Of a stretch of DNA of 64,000 nt, positions 29,624 through 40,700 are shown one piece after another. The notes below the pieces were generated by a model. That model ran no database searches, had not been told where the DNA came from, and was given only the letters and a program-made list of their open reading frames with translations. Both the position numbers and the translations under genes were made by a program. The first letter of the stretch is position 1; the number at the start of each line of letters is the position of its first letter. This stretch comes from Sediminibacterium sp. (GTDB lineage Bacteria; Bacteroidota; Bacteroidia; Chitinophagales; Chitinophagaceae): contig QYPL01000012.1 in assembly GCA_007280515.1 (NCBI GenBank), positions 5,614 through 69,613 on the forward strand, written 5' to 3'.

Positions 29624-30514
29624 TTAGTTTAAACTAGGATCAAAGTCACCTAAGTTCTCCTCTTTTGTTTCCTCTTCTGAAATAGGATCATCTTTGAAAG
29701 ATTCTAAGTTAGGCGTTTCATAAGAATCAAAATTATCTACATGGCCGGGCTCTAAATCATCTTCTCTATTTTCATTCCATTCAATGATGAAATTATTACG
29801 TCCTTCACCCACCATCAGCTTCATATATTTTTGTTGAGACAATTCAAGTATGGATAAGAATAAAAATAAGGCGTGCACTCTGTCTTGGCAAATATCAAAT
29901 ACTTTTTCAAATGCCACCGTTTTGCCTTCTCTTACAATGTCTAATAAATAAGTCCTACTGCCCTCCATGGTGTAATTATATCTAACCACCGTATGTACGG
30001 GTCTGTTTTGACGCTCTTGTAAACGAGTCATTACTTTTTCAAATGACTTCATTAATTTAAATAAAGTCACTGTTTGTAATTCTGTTCCTTCCGCTGCTTC
30101 TTCTCCTACGAGTGACATCTCCTTTTGAATATTACCGCGCTTCATCATTAGCATTCTAAGCGCTTCTAAGTCGGCCATTTGCACCGCCGCTTCCTTATAC
30201 TTTTTGTATTCTAAAATTTTATCAATTAATTCTTGTCTTGGATCAATTTCATTGCCTAATGCATCCAACTCTTTTCTAGGCAATAATAATTTTGCCTTAA
30301 TGCGCATTAAAGTAGAAACGAATAAAATAAATTCACTACTGAGTTCAATATTTACCTTTTCTTGCTCTTGAATAAAATGCAAAAAATCGTTGATAATTTT
30401 AGTAATCTGGATATTATAAATATCCATTTCATCTCTTTCAATAAAGAAAAGTAAGAGGTCAAAAGGCCCTTCAAATTGGTCTACCTTAATCGAGTAATTA
30501 GTTGGCTGGTTCAT
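29624..30514 (-). CDS. scpA: Segregation and condensation protein A
   Basis: FEGPFDLLL, IKAKLLLP, FLSILEL; acidic tail. Confidence 0.9.
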   Translation of the reverse strand: MNQPTNYSIKVDQFEGPFDLLLFFIERDEMDIYNIQITKIINDFLHFIQEQEKVNIELSSEFILFVSTLMRIKAKLLLPRKELDALGNEIDPRQELIDKILEYKKYKEAAVQMADLEALRMLMMKRGNIQKEMSLVGEEAAEGTELQTVTLFKLMKSFEKVMTRLQERQNRPVHTVVRYNYTMEGSRTYLLDIVREGKTVAFEKVFDICQDRVHALFLFLSILELSQQKYMKLMVGEGRNNFIIEWNENREDDLEPGHVDNFDSYETPNLESFKDDPISEEETKEENLGDFDPSLN

Positions 30515-30614
30515 TGTTACAAAGAAAAGGAATTGGCATTAATTTATGGTCAATTGAGCAAGTATTTATCCACTTTTATGGCAAAATGAAGCATCTTTAC
30601 CCAAAAATTTATGC

Positions 30615-31490
30615 ATGGACAAAAAGCTGATTAATGTGGCTATTTTTTGTATCCTTTCCATTATTTGGGGCAGTTCCTTTGTCCTGATGAAAGAAGGACT
30701 CACGGCACTTTCTGCCTATCAAGTAGCTTCTTTAAGAATGCTGTTTTCCGGACTCGTATTACTTCCCTTTGCCATTAACGCCTTTAAAAAAATTCCCAAA
30801 GAAAAAATGGGTATTGTGTTTTTGTCTGGTTTTTTAGGAAATTTTATACCAGCTTATCTTTTTTGTATTGCAGAAACCAATATTGATAGCTCCTTAGCAG
30901 GCATTTTAAATTCACTAACGCCCTTGTTTACCATACTAGTGGGTTTATCTTTTTTTAAAACAACTATTAATAAACAAAAAATGATAGGCGTTATGATTGG
31001 CTTTATAGGCCTTTGTTTGCTTTTTGCAGCGGGTAAAAATATTAGTTTTCAAAACCTAGGCTTTGCCTCTTTAGTTTTAGTAGCTACTTTTTTTTATGGT
31101 TTGAATGTAAATGTGGTAGGTAAGTTTTTAAAAAATATTCGCGCTATTGATATCGTATCTGTGGCCTTTGCTTTTTTAATTATTCCAAGTATAATTATTC
31201 TTTATTTGACTGGTTACTTTAGTATGTCATTTAATAACCCCCATTTTCAACAGGCCACCATGGCCAGTATTGTTTTAGGAGTAGTAGGTACTTCTATTGC
31301 CTCTATTTTATTTTATATGCTTATTAAAAGGTCTACCATTATTTTTGCTTCCATGGTTACTTATGGCATTCCCATTATAGCAGTGGCCTGGGGTGTATAT
31401 TTTGGCGAGTCTATTTCTATATTACAAATGGGTAGTCTACTCATTATACTAGCTGGGGTCTATATAGTAAATAAGCCCCAACAGTCTTAG
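30615..31490 (+). CDS. EamA/DMT family transporter
   Basis: IWGSSF, ten TM segments in two repeats. Confidence 0.9.
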   Translation: MDKKLINVAIFCILSIIWGSSFVLMKEGLTALSAYQVASLRMLFSGLVLLPFAINAFKKIPKEKMGIVFLSGFLGNFIPAYLFCIAETNIDSSLAGILNSLTPLFTILVGLSFFKTTINKQKMIGVMIGFIGLCLLFAAGKNISFQNLGFASLVLVATFFYGLNVNVVGKFLKNIRAIDIVSVAFAFLIIPSIIILYLTGYFSMSFNNPHFQQATMASIVLGVVGTSIASILFYMLIKRSTIIFASMVTYGIPIIAVAWGVYFGESISILQMGSLLIILAGVYIVNKPQQS

Positions 31491-31558
31491 TGTTAGGGCT
31501 TATAAATTATAAAGCTTGAGATTTTTTTAAGCTTAAGATAAATAGGATTGACGGTCTT

Positions 31559-32122
31559 TTAAACAGTCATAATTTCTTTTTCCTTTGATTCTAAATGTTT
31601 TTCTACAAGCGCAATATGCTTATCGGTAATAACTTGAATCTCATCTTCAGCGCCTTTACAAATATCTTCACTCAAACCCTCTTTTTGTAATTTCTTTACT
31701 TGTTCAATATGATCGCGTCTAATATTACGAATAGATACCTTGCTTAGTTCTCCTTCAGCACTTGCCTTTTTAAATAATTCTTTTCTTCTTTCTTCTGTTA
31801 AGGGAGGTGTGAATAATCGAATTTGAATGCCATCATTTTGTGGTGTAATTCCAATATTGGCAGCCATGATGGCTCTTTCAATTAAGGGTAGCATATTTTT
31901 TTCCCAAGGTTGAATACTAAGGGTTCTACTATCCAATATCTGCACATTACCTACTTGACTAATAGGCGTGGGTGTGCCATAATAATCGACATTGATACCC
32001 TCTAAAATAGAGGGAGATGCCTTGCCCGCTCTAATTTTAGAAATCTCAATTTCTAAATGATTAATAGCCTTTTTCATCCCCGCTTCGGCACTAACTGTTA
32101 CTTTCTTTAATTCTTCTGACAT
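31559..32122 (-). CDS. frr: Ribosome recycling factor
   Basis: IRAGKA, VDYYG, PLTEERR, RNIRR. Confidence 0.96.
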   Translation of the reverse strand: MSEELKKVTVSAEAGMKKAINHLEIEISKIRAGKASPSILEGINVDYYGTPTPISQVGNVQILDSRTLSIQPWEKNMLPLIERAIMAANIGITPQNDGIQIRLFTPPLTEERRKELFKKASAEGELSKVSIRNIRRDHIEQVKKLQKEGLSEDICKGAEDEIQVITDKHIALVEKHLESKEKEIMTV

Positions 32123-32250
32123 ACATATTCATTGAGGCTACAAAGCTAATAAATCCTAGCTATTGTTGATAAGTCTTTTTTTGGGCTTTTTACCAAATTT
32201 TCGGTGCAAATTAGCCTATGAATTCTATCTTTGCCCTCAACCGAATAGCT

Positions 32251-33096
32251 ATGAATAAATCTACTGCAGAATTAACAAAGATTGCCTCTCAAATTAGAAG
32301 AGATATTGTAAGAATGGTACATGCGCAACAAAGCGGACACCCAGGTGGTTCATTAGGTTGTGCCGATTTCTTAACAGCACTTTATTTTAAAATAATGAAA
32401 ATTGATATTAATTTTTCTATGGATGGTATTAATGAGGATATTTTCTTTTTATCGAATGGTCATATATCTCCTGTATTTTATTCAGTATTAGCAAGGTCGG
32501 GTTATTTTGATGTAAAAGAATTAGCAAGTTTTAGAAAGATAAATTCAAGACTACAAGGCCACCCTACAACACATGAAAATTTACCAGGCATTAGAATTGC
32601 TAGTGGTTCATTGGGCCAAGGTTTAAGCGTAGCCATTGGTGCTGCCTTAACTAAGAAATACAATAAAGACAATAGAACTATTTATAGCCTGCATGGTGAT
32701 GGTGAATTACAAGAAGGACAAATTTGGGAAGCAGTGATGTTTGCTGCACATAATAAAGTGGACAATTTAATTGCAACGGTGGATGTGAATGGTCAACAAA
32801 TTGACGGTCCATTAAGTAAAGTATTAAACTTAGATAGTTTAGAAGATAAATTCAAAGCCTTTCATTGGACCGTTTTACATATGGACGGACATGATATGGA
32901 AAATATAGTTGCTACACTTGATAAAGCTAAATCTCTAACAGGACAAGGCAAGCCTATTTGTATTTTAATGAAAACTGAAATGGGTAAGGGTGTTGACTTT
33001 ATGCAAGGCAGCCACGAGTGGCATGGCATTGCACCTAACGATGAGCAATTAGCGAAAGCATTAGGACAACTAGAAGAAACCCTTGGCGATTATTAA
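32251..33096 (+). CDS. Transketolase, N-terminal (ThDP-binding) subunit
   Basis: SGHPGGSL, GSLGQG, GDGELQEG, WHG; start at 32251 follows a TATCTTTG promoter element. Confidence 0.92.
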   Translation: MNKSTAELTKIASQIRRDIVRMVHAQQSGHPGGSLGCADFLTALYFKIMKIDINFSMDGINEDIFFLSNGHISPVFYSVLARSGYFDVKELASFRKINSRLQGHPTTHENLPGIRIASGSLGQGLSVAIGAALTKKYNKDNRTIYSLHGDGELQEGQIWEAVMFAAHNKVDNLIATVDVNGQQIDGPLSKVLNLDSLEDKFKAFHWTVLHMDGHDMENIVATLDKAKSLTGQGKPICILMKTEMGKGVDFMQGSHEWHGIAPNDEQLAKALGQLEETLGDY

Positions 33097-33193
33097 TTTT
33101 AGAAATTTTATAGAATATAAATTTTTAAAATTAATCTCTTTTTGATTTTTTTTACTTTCCTCTATCAAGATAAATTAAGCATAATTTATCTTG
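33092..33193 (+). repeat. Hairpin - CTCTTTTTGATTTT - hairpin element
   Basis: AT-rich hairpin 33092-33135, motif variant at 33136, 12-bp perfect stem 33166-33193. Confidence 0.6.
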
Positions 33194-33201
33194 TCATTTC
33201 A

Positions 33202-34416
33202 TTAACTTATTTTTTCGAACAGACGAGCCGAGGCTTTGCGCGCTGGAATCCAGCCTGCTGCAATCGCAATTACCATCACTAGTAGTATAATGGCTATATA
33301 ATCTTCTGCCATGGGTTTTACAGGATAATAATCTATCACAAAAGAATTACCTCCCAATTTTATAAGATGAAATTTATTTTGAACGAAGCAAAATAAACTA
33401 GCCAAGCCCCCGCCTATAAAGGCGCCCATAAAGGCCATGATACCCGATAGCATTAAAAATATTTTTTGAATATCCCAAGGCCTGGCGCCCATGGCATGAA
33501 GTACATGAATGTCTTTTTGTTTTTCCAAAACCAGCATAGTTAAGGCCCCCACTAAATTAAAAGAAGCCACTATCATAATTAAAGCAAGTATGGCAAAGAT
33601 GATCCACTTTTCCATTTGCATAATTTTATAGAGATCAGCATTTTGTTGGTACTTATCTTTTACTTGAAAACCGGGGCCTAATTGTTTTTTTATTGTAGCT
33701 ATCACTTGCTCTTGTTTGTTGGGCAGAACAGCAATCTCAATAGCTGAGTACTGGCTAGAATCTAAATCAAATAAATACTGTGCAAAAGAATAATTGGTGA
33801 AAACATACTGGTCGTCAAATTCTTGTTGTACTGAAAAGGCACCCCCTTGCACTGCAGTTAAATTATTTAATTGATTAATGTTGGTAAAACCCTTACCAGA
33901 CCTATTGACTGCATAGAGTTGTAATGTGTCCCCAATAAAGGAACGAAACAAACCCAGCTTCTGTTCAACACCAATGCCTAATAACAAAATGGGATTTTCC
34001 AAATTGCCCATAATGTATTGGCCTCGCTTCATATACTTAGCTACATTATTTATTTTACTATAATTTTTATCTACTCCTTTTACTAACACCACCGATTGCA
34101 AATCGCCTTTCACTAGCAAGGCCCTACTTTCTACCACTTTACTCACGGCCCTTACGCCCTCTATGTTTTTTATTTTTTCAAAAGGGGCATCTTGCATGCT
34201 AAAAAATTTACCCTGTAACGGTGTCATGCGTACATCGGCATAAAAGTCGGCATACAAACCTTTCACTACTTCTGTAAATCCATTAGAAACACTTAGTACA
34301 ATGATAAGAGAAGCAGTACCTACTGCAATGGCTACAACACTTACCCAAGCAATCATTTGAATTGCTTGAAAATTATATTTTCCTCTGAAATAACGCCATG
34401 CAAATAAAAAATGCAC
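33202..34416 (-). CDS. LolC/E-like lipoprotein-releasing ABC permease
   Basis: FAWRY, SVSNGF, LEKQKDI..L.AMGA and YPV motifs. Confidence 0.85.
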   Translation of the reverse strand: MHFLFAWRYFRGKYNFQAIQMIAWVSVVAIAVGTASLIIVLSVSNGFTEVVKGLYADFYADVRMTPLQGKFFSMQDAPFEKIKNIEGVRAVSKVVESRALLVKGDLQSVVLVKGVDKNYSKINNVAKYMKRGQYIMGNLENPILLLGIGVEQKLGLFRSFIGDTLQLYAVNRSGKGFTNINQLNNLTAVQGGAFSVQQEFDDQYVFTNYSFAQYLFDLDSSQYSAIEIAVLPNKQEQVIATIKKQLGPGFQVKDKYQQNADLYKIMQMEKWIIFAILALIMIVASFNLVGALTMLVLEKQKDIHVLHAMGARPWDIQKIFLMLSGIMAFMGAFIGGGLASLFCFVQNKFHLIKLGGNSFVIDYYPVKPMAEDYIAIILLVMVIAIAAGWIPARKASARLFEKIS

Positions 34417-34761
34417 TTATAAATTTTTTAGGATTTCGTCCATCTTAAAAACATAATCCAATGTATCGTCTAAGTAAAAATGCAATACAGGAATACGTCG
34501 TAATTGATGCTTCATGGTATCAGAAAGATGCTTCTTAATTTCCCATGCCTGTGCTTGTATTTTCTTAAAAGAAGCTTCTGTGTCCTTTACCTGAAATAAA
34601 CTCAAATAAATTCTCGCCTCTAATAAATCAGGGGTCACTTTTACAGAAGAGATGGAAATCATCCCTCCCTGTAAATTAGTAAGCCCTAGTTTTAAGAAGA
34701 TATCGTTAAGGGCGCTCTGAATGGCCCCGGCTACCTGTTTTTGTCTTTTTCCTTCCTCCAT
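34417..34761 (-). CDS. rbfA: Ribosome-binding factor A
   Basis: RQKQV, VTPDL..ARIYLS, LRRIP.L.F..DDTL. Confidence 0.92.
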   Translation of the reverse strand: MEEGKRQKQVAGAIQSALNDIFLKLGLTNLQGGMISISSVKVTPDLLEARIYLSLFQVKDTEASFKKIQAQAWEIKKHLSDTMKHQLRRIPVLHFYLDDTLDYVFKMDEILKNL

Positions 34762-34829
34762 AATCAAAATCGTTGATTCGCTGTAAAATTAGTTACTTTG
34801 CTCATTATTCTGCGGGAATAATTTTGAAT

Positions 34830-36653
34830 ATGAAGAAATTTATTCGCATCATAAGTTATATCAGAGAATACAAGGCCTATATGGCTTGGTACAGCCTATT
34901 TATTACCTTATCTATTGTCTTCGGCTTGTTTTCCTTGGGTATGCTCATGCCCTTTATGGACCTTATATTTGGAAGCAGTGAATTAACGGGTGCAGTCAAA
35001 ACCGCAACCGCAGCTAGCGGGTCTGCGAATATCAAAGAAATCATTTATGGCTTTTTACAAAACAGCATAGCCCAGCACGGAAAAGTAACTGCCCTTGGCT
35101 GGATTTGTTTGGCTATTGTAATTACCATTTTCTTAAAAAATCTATTTCTATATTTATCTTATTATTTTTTAGCCCCTATCAGAAATGGAGTAACGCGTAA
35201 ATATTCCAGACTCTTGTATGAAAAAATATTAAAACTACCTATTGGCTATTTTACAGAACAACGCAAAGGAGATATATTAAGTAGGTCCTCCAACGATATC
35301 ACTGAATTAGAAAATTCTGTGATTGGCGCATTAGAAGGTTTAATAAAAGAGCCTTTAAATATTATAGGCATCCTTATTTTCTTATTTATTATAAGTGCAA
35401 AACTTACTTTGTTTGTTTTTATATTACTTCCTTTAGCTGGTTTAATTGTAGGACACATTGGTAGAAGTTTAAAAAAACATACCAATAAGGCCCAAGTAAA
35501 ATGGGGTGAGATTTTATCTCAGATGGAGGAGACTTTAACAGGCTTAAGAATTATCAAAGCTTTTAATGCAGAAGGTAGAGTGAAGAAACAATTTTTTGGG
35601 TTGGTAGATGAAATTTTTCATATCAAAAATAAAATACTGAATAGGCGTGATTTGGCTTCTCCTATTTCTGAAACCCTAGGCGTTATTATTTTGTGCGGAG
35701 TATTATGGTTTGGAGGGCAATTGGTTTTAAGTGGTGAAATATTAAATGGAGGTTCTTTTATTGCTTATGTGGCTTTATTTTCTCAAATTATTAATCCTGC
35801 GAAAGCCTTATCTCAAGCTGCTTACAATGTTACTAGAGGTAACGCCACTTTAGACAGACTAAATGAAATTTTAGAAGCCCCTTTAACAGTAGAAGAGCCT
35901 ATTCAACCTATTGAAATTACCGACTTTAAGCAGTCGATTCAATTTGAGAATGTTCAATTCTTGTATCAAGACGCTTCTATATTAAAAAATATAAACCTTA
36001 CTATTCAAAAAGGTAAATCGGTTGCACTGGTGGGATCCTCTGGTGCGGGTAAGAGTACCCTAGCCGATTTAGTGCCTCGCTTCCACGATGTGAGTGCGGG
36101 TAATTTATATATTGATGGAAAAAATATTAAAGACTATAGTTTACATAGTTTAAGAAATTTAATAAGTATTGTCACGCAAGAACCTATTTTATTCAATGAT
36201 ACCATTGCTGCCAATATTGCCTTAGGTAAGCCAAATGCCACTGAGGCTGAAATTATTGAAGCCGCCAAAATTGCGAATGCCTATGAATTTATTATTAAAA
36301 AAGAAGGCGGCTTTCAAAGTATGATTGGAGATAGAGGTAGCAAACTAAGTGGTGGTGAGCGTCAGCGCTTAACCATTGCCAGAGCAGTTTTAAAGAATCC
36401 TCCTATTTTAATTTTAGACGAAGCCACTTCCGCGCTTGATACAGAAAGCGAAAAGCTAGTACAAGAAGCCATTAGTAATATGATGCAAAATAGAACCTCT
36501 ATTGTCATTGCACATCGTTTATCTACTATTCGACACGCAGATGAAATTATTGTACTACAAAAAGGGGATATTGTTGAAAGAGGTAATCACGATGCACTTC
36601 TTGCGCAAAATGGTTATTACCGAAAGCTAATTGAAATGCAAGAAGTGAAATAA
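34830..36653 (+). CDS. MsbA-like ABC exporter (fused permease and ATPase)
   Basis: Six TM helices, GSSGAGKS, LSGGERQR, LDEATSALD; start 34830 lies just after TAATTTTG. Confidence 0.9.
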   Translation: MKKFIRIISYIREYKAYMAWYSLFITLSIVFGLFSLGMLMPFMDLIFGSSELTGAVKTATAASGSANIKEIIYGFLQNSIAQHGKVTALGWICLAIVITIFLKNLFLYLSYYFLAPIRNGVTRKYSRLLYEKILKLPIGYFTEQRKGDILSRSSNDITELENSVIGALEGLIKEPLNIIGILIFLFIISAKLTLFVFILLPLAGLIVGHIGRSLKKHTNKAQVKWGEILSQMEETLTGLRIIKAFNAEGRVKKQFFGLVDEIFHIKNKILNRRDLASPISETLGVIILCGVLWFGGQLVLSGEILNGGSFIAYVALFSQIINPAKALSQAAYNVTRGNATLDRLNEILEAPLTVEEPIQPIEITDFKQSIQFENVQFLYQDASILKNINLTIQKGKSVALVGSSGAGKSTLADLVPRFHDVSAGNLYIDGKNIKDYSLHSLRNLISIVTQEPILFNDTIAANIALGKPNATEAEIIEAAKIANAYEFIIKKEGGFQSMIGDRGSKLSGGERQRLTIARAVLKNPPILILDEATSALDTESEKLVQEAISNMMQNRTSIVIAHRLSTIRHADEIIVLQKGDIVERGNHDALLAQNGYYRKLIEMQEVK

Positions 36654-36681
36654 GTACAAAAGTTTTAAAAATATTATTTAC

Positions 36682-36713
36682 AAAAAACCCCGATAAAATT
36701 TATCGGGGTTTTT
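36682..36713. terminator. Bidirectional intrinsic terminator
   Basis: A6-CCCCGATAAA/TTTATCGGGG-T5. Confidence 0.85.
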
Positions 36714-36762
36714 ATATAGAACAATTGAATGTTTGCTTTTGTGTATAGCTGCTTTTAATCTA

Positions 36763-36801
36763 CTCTTTTGATATTCTCTTTTGATATTTTCTTTTGATAT
36801 T
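36763..36801. repeat. 13-bp tandem repeat x3
   Basis: CTCTTTTGATATT x2 plus TTCTTTTGATATT, abutting the stop codon at 36802. Confidence 0.9.
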
Positions 36802-37728
36802 CTACTGATCGCTGCTATTTTTTACATACCCCAATTTTGCTTCTAAGCTTAAGGTAGCATGAGGCACCGCACGTAAACGCGCTTTGTCAATTAAACGGCC
36901 TGTTACTCTACAAATACCGTAGGTTTTGTTTTCAATACGCATTAAGGCTTTTTCTAAATGGTCTATAAAAGTAATTTGTCTAGAAGCCATTTGACCCAGC
37001 TGCTCTCTTTCCATACTAACACTACCATCTTCCATGGTCATGTACCTAGCATCGTCATTATCTCCACCTAATTCATCTTTGCGTGTAATAATACCTTGTA
37101 AGTAAACTAACTCTTTCTTAGCAGCTTCTACTTTCTTAGAAATTAAATCTTTGAACTCTTTTAATTCTGCATCAGAATATTTAACTAAAGTCTCCGTAGA
37201 TCTTTCTACTTCTTTTCTTCTTTCCATTGGAACGTAGCCTGGTTGATAAGGCACGCTACTTTTAGCACCAATTTTTGGAACTTTAATATCTTTAATAGGC
37301 TCTGCAACTTTACGCACAGGTTTAACAGGAGGCGTTGGAATTTTTGGAACCGGCTTTGCAGGAGGAACATATTTTTCAATTGGCTTAGCAACAGGTTTAA
37401 CTATTGGTTTTGGAGCTGACTTTACAGGAACTACTTTTTTTATAGGAGCTTTAATAGTAGTTGCTTTTTTTAAAGGTGCTTTAACGGGTACCGGTTTTTT
37501 TACAGGAACTGCTTTTTTAGGCGCTACCTTTTTTACGGGTGCCGCTTTTTTCGCAGGAACTGCTTTTTTAGGCGCTACCTTTTTTGCAGGAACCACTTTC
37601 TTGGGCGCTACCTTTTTTGCAGGGGCTGCTTTTTTAGCAGGAGCCGCTTTCTTAGCAGGTACTGACTTTTTAGGAGCTGCTTTCTTAGCAGGAGCCGCCT
37701 TTTTGGGAGCTGGTTTTTTTGTAGGCAT
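36802..37728 (-). CDS. TraR/DksA family protein with histone H1-like N-terminal PAKK repeats
   Basis: Long Lys/Ala/Pro/Val repeat region, then coiled coil and AL.RIENKTYGIC..TG..I...RL.AVPHA. Confidence 0.88.
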   Translation of the reverse strand: MPTKKPAPKKAAPAKKAAPKKSVPAKKAAPAKKAAPAKKVAPKKVVPAKKVAPKKAVPAKKAAPVKKVAPKKAVPVKKPVPVKAPLKKATTIKAPIKKVVPVKSAPKPIVKPVAKPIEKYVPPAKPVPKIPTPPVKPVRKVAEPIKDIKVPKIGAKSSVPYQPGYVPMERRKEVERSTETLVKYSDAELKEFKDLISKKVEAAKKELVYLQGIITRKDELGGDNDDARYMTMEDGSVSMEREQLGQMASRQITFIDHLEKALMRIENKTYGICRVTGRLIDKARLRAVPHATLSLEAKLGYVKNSSDQ

Positions 37729-37730
37729 AT

Positions 37731-40700
37731 TTATCCTTTTTGTCTAACTGAAATTCTTAATTTGTGATCATTTATGTCAACTTCTACCCCCTCTTTCAAG
37801 GCCGGTAGGAAGTCTATTTGGACTGCGAGAATTTCGCGGCAAATATAACCCGAAAATTGAATAATGGACTCCTTCAAGTCTGTATTATCCTCAATTTCAA
37901 GCAAAATCTTATCTGTAAGCTCGAAATTGCTCTCTTTTCTGATGTTTTGGACCCTATTTACCAGCTCACGTGCATGTCCTTCCTTCAATAACTCGGGGCT
38001 AATGGTAATATCCAAGGCCACCGTAAGCGCATTTTTGACAGCTACGCTCCATCCTGGTATATCTTCTGCTATAATATCTACCTCATTGATTAGCAACTGA
38101 ATAGTCTCTCCTTCAATGTCTAAGGCTAAACTTCCCTCTTTTTCCAAACTAGTAATTTGCGCCTGGGTCAAATTAGCAATGACAGCAGAAGCTTGTTTCA
38201 TTTTGGTTCCTAATTTGGCGCCCAATAATTTGAAATTGGCTTTTACCTTTTTGCTAATAACCCCTTCCGTCTCCGTTATATAATTAATTTCTTTAACGTT
38301 TACTTCGGCAAGTATTAATTCTTCCATTAATTCAATGGCCGTTTTCGTGGCTGGATCTAAAACAGGAATTAATATTTTTTGCAAAGGCTGACGCACTTTG
38401 ATATTCACTTTTTTTCTTATAGATAAAACCAATGAACAAATATCCTGCGCCATTTGCATTCTTGTCTCTAAAGCAGTATCTATTTTTGAAGAATCTGCAA
38501 TAGGAAAAGGAGCATGATGAATAGAACTATAATTATGTTTTTGAGTCACGCTATTTAAATTTCTAAAAACTTGATCGCAGAAAAATGGCGCAATAGGGGC
38601 CATTAATTTTGTGATGGTTTCAATACACTCATATAAGGTTTGATAAGCAGCAATTTTATCTTGCGTATAAGTACCTTTCCAAAAACGACGACGACATAAT
38701 CTTACATACCAGTTACTTAAATGCTCATCCACAAAAGTTTCAATAGCACGACCCGCAGTGGTGGGTTCGAAATCGTCCATGGAGGTAGTGACTGTTTGAA
38801 TTAAAGTATGTAAAGAAGAAATAATCCAACGATCAATTTCTGGTCGCTCGGCTAAAGGAATAGTTGCTTGTTCAAAATGAAAATCATCTACATTAGCATA
38901 CAAAACAAAAAACTGATAGGTATTGTATAAAGTACCAAAGAATTTTCTCTGTACTTCTTGTATACCAGACATATCAAATTTTAAATTATCCCAAGGAGAA
39001 GCATTGGTCACTAAATACCAACGTGTGGCATCGGCACCGTACTTTTCAATCGTTTCAAAAGGGTTCACCACATTGCCAAGTCGCTTACTCATCTTATTAC
39101 CATTCTTATCTAGTACCAACCCATTACTCATTACCGCCTTGTAAGCAACGCTATCAAAAAGAAGTACACCGAGTGTATGTAAAGTATAAAACCATCCACG
39201 GGTTTGGTCTACACCCTCGCAAATAAAATCGGCAGGGAAGGCTTGGCCTTTATCTATTAAGTCTTTATTTTCGAATGGATAATGCCACTGCGCATAAGGC
39301 ATGGCACCAGAATCAAACCATACGTCTACTAAATCCAAAACACGCTTCATGGCTTGGCCACTTGCACTTACTAATTCTATTTGGTCAACATAAGGTTTAT
39401 GTAAATCCACGTCTAACTTACCATCTATTATTTTTAAATCAACGGCTTTATTAAAGCCTTTTTCTTTAGCAGCTAAAAAACCTTTGGTTAATTCTTCAAT
39501 CGATCCAATACAAATTTCCTCTGTACCATCTTCAGTTCTCCAAATAGGAAGTGGGGTTCCCCAATAACGGCTACGAGATAAATTCCAGTCCACCATATTC
39601 TCTAACCAGTTGCCAAAACGACCTTCGCCCGTACTCTTAGGTTTCCAATTAATAGTTTTATTTAATTCTATGAGTCTTTCCTTCACCGCAGTGGTTTTAA
39701 TAAACCAAGCGTCTAATGGATAATATAAAATAGGCTTATCTGTTCTCCAACAATGCGGATAATTATGTTCGTATTTTTCTACCTTAAAAGCTCTGTTTTC
39801 TTTTTTCAACTTTACAGAAATATCTACATTTACATCCTGGTAGTCTTTCTCGTCTTTATAATTTTTCACAAAGCGGCCGCTAAATTCTCCCACCCCTTCT
39901 ACAAATTTTCCCTCTCTATCGACTAGTGTAATAATACCTAAATTATTCTTTTGTCCTACTTTATAGTCATCTGCACCAAAGGCAGGAGAAGTATGTACGA
40001 TACCTGTTCCGTCTTCAGTAGTTACAAAATCACCTAGTACTATTTTAAAAGGATCTCCTTCAAAAGTTGAAGGATCATTGGCTTCAAAAGGCATTAACTG
40101 CTCGTAACGAAGTCCATTTAACCCACTGCCCTTGCAAGTAGAAATTATTTTCCAAGGAATAATTTTATCCCCTTCTGCAAAACTTTCTAGGCCTTCCCCT
40201 TCTTCTTTAAAATATTTAGACACTAAATTTTTAGCAAGTATTACATTTACGGGTATGGCTGTATATGGGTTATAAGTTGCCACTAAAACATATTCGATAT
40301 TAGGTCCAACAGTGAGTCCTAAATTCGATGGTAAGGTCCATGGTGTAGTGGTCCAAGCCATGTAAAATATTTCCTTCGACTTAGCGGTAGAACCTGCCTT
40401 AGTTACTGCATCAAATAAAAATTGGCTATCTGCGTTTTCTAATGCTTTGAACATAGCCACCGTTGAAGTATCTTTTACATCCTTGTAAGTACCCGGCTGA
40501 TTGAGTTCATGTGAACTTAATCCTGTACCTGCAGCAGGTGAATAAGGTTGTATACTTACACTCTGATATAAATAACCTTTTTTATAAAGCGTACTTAATA
40601 TCCACCAAAGTGTTTTAATATAATTATTTTCAAAAGTGATATAGGGATTATTTAAATCTACCCAGTATCCCATTTTATTGGTAATATCGTCCCATTCTTT

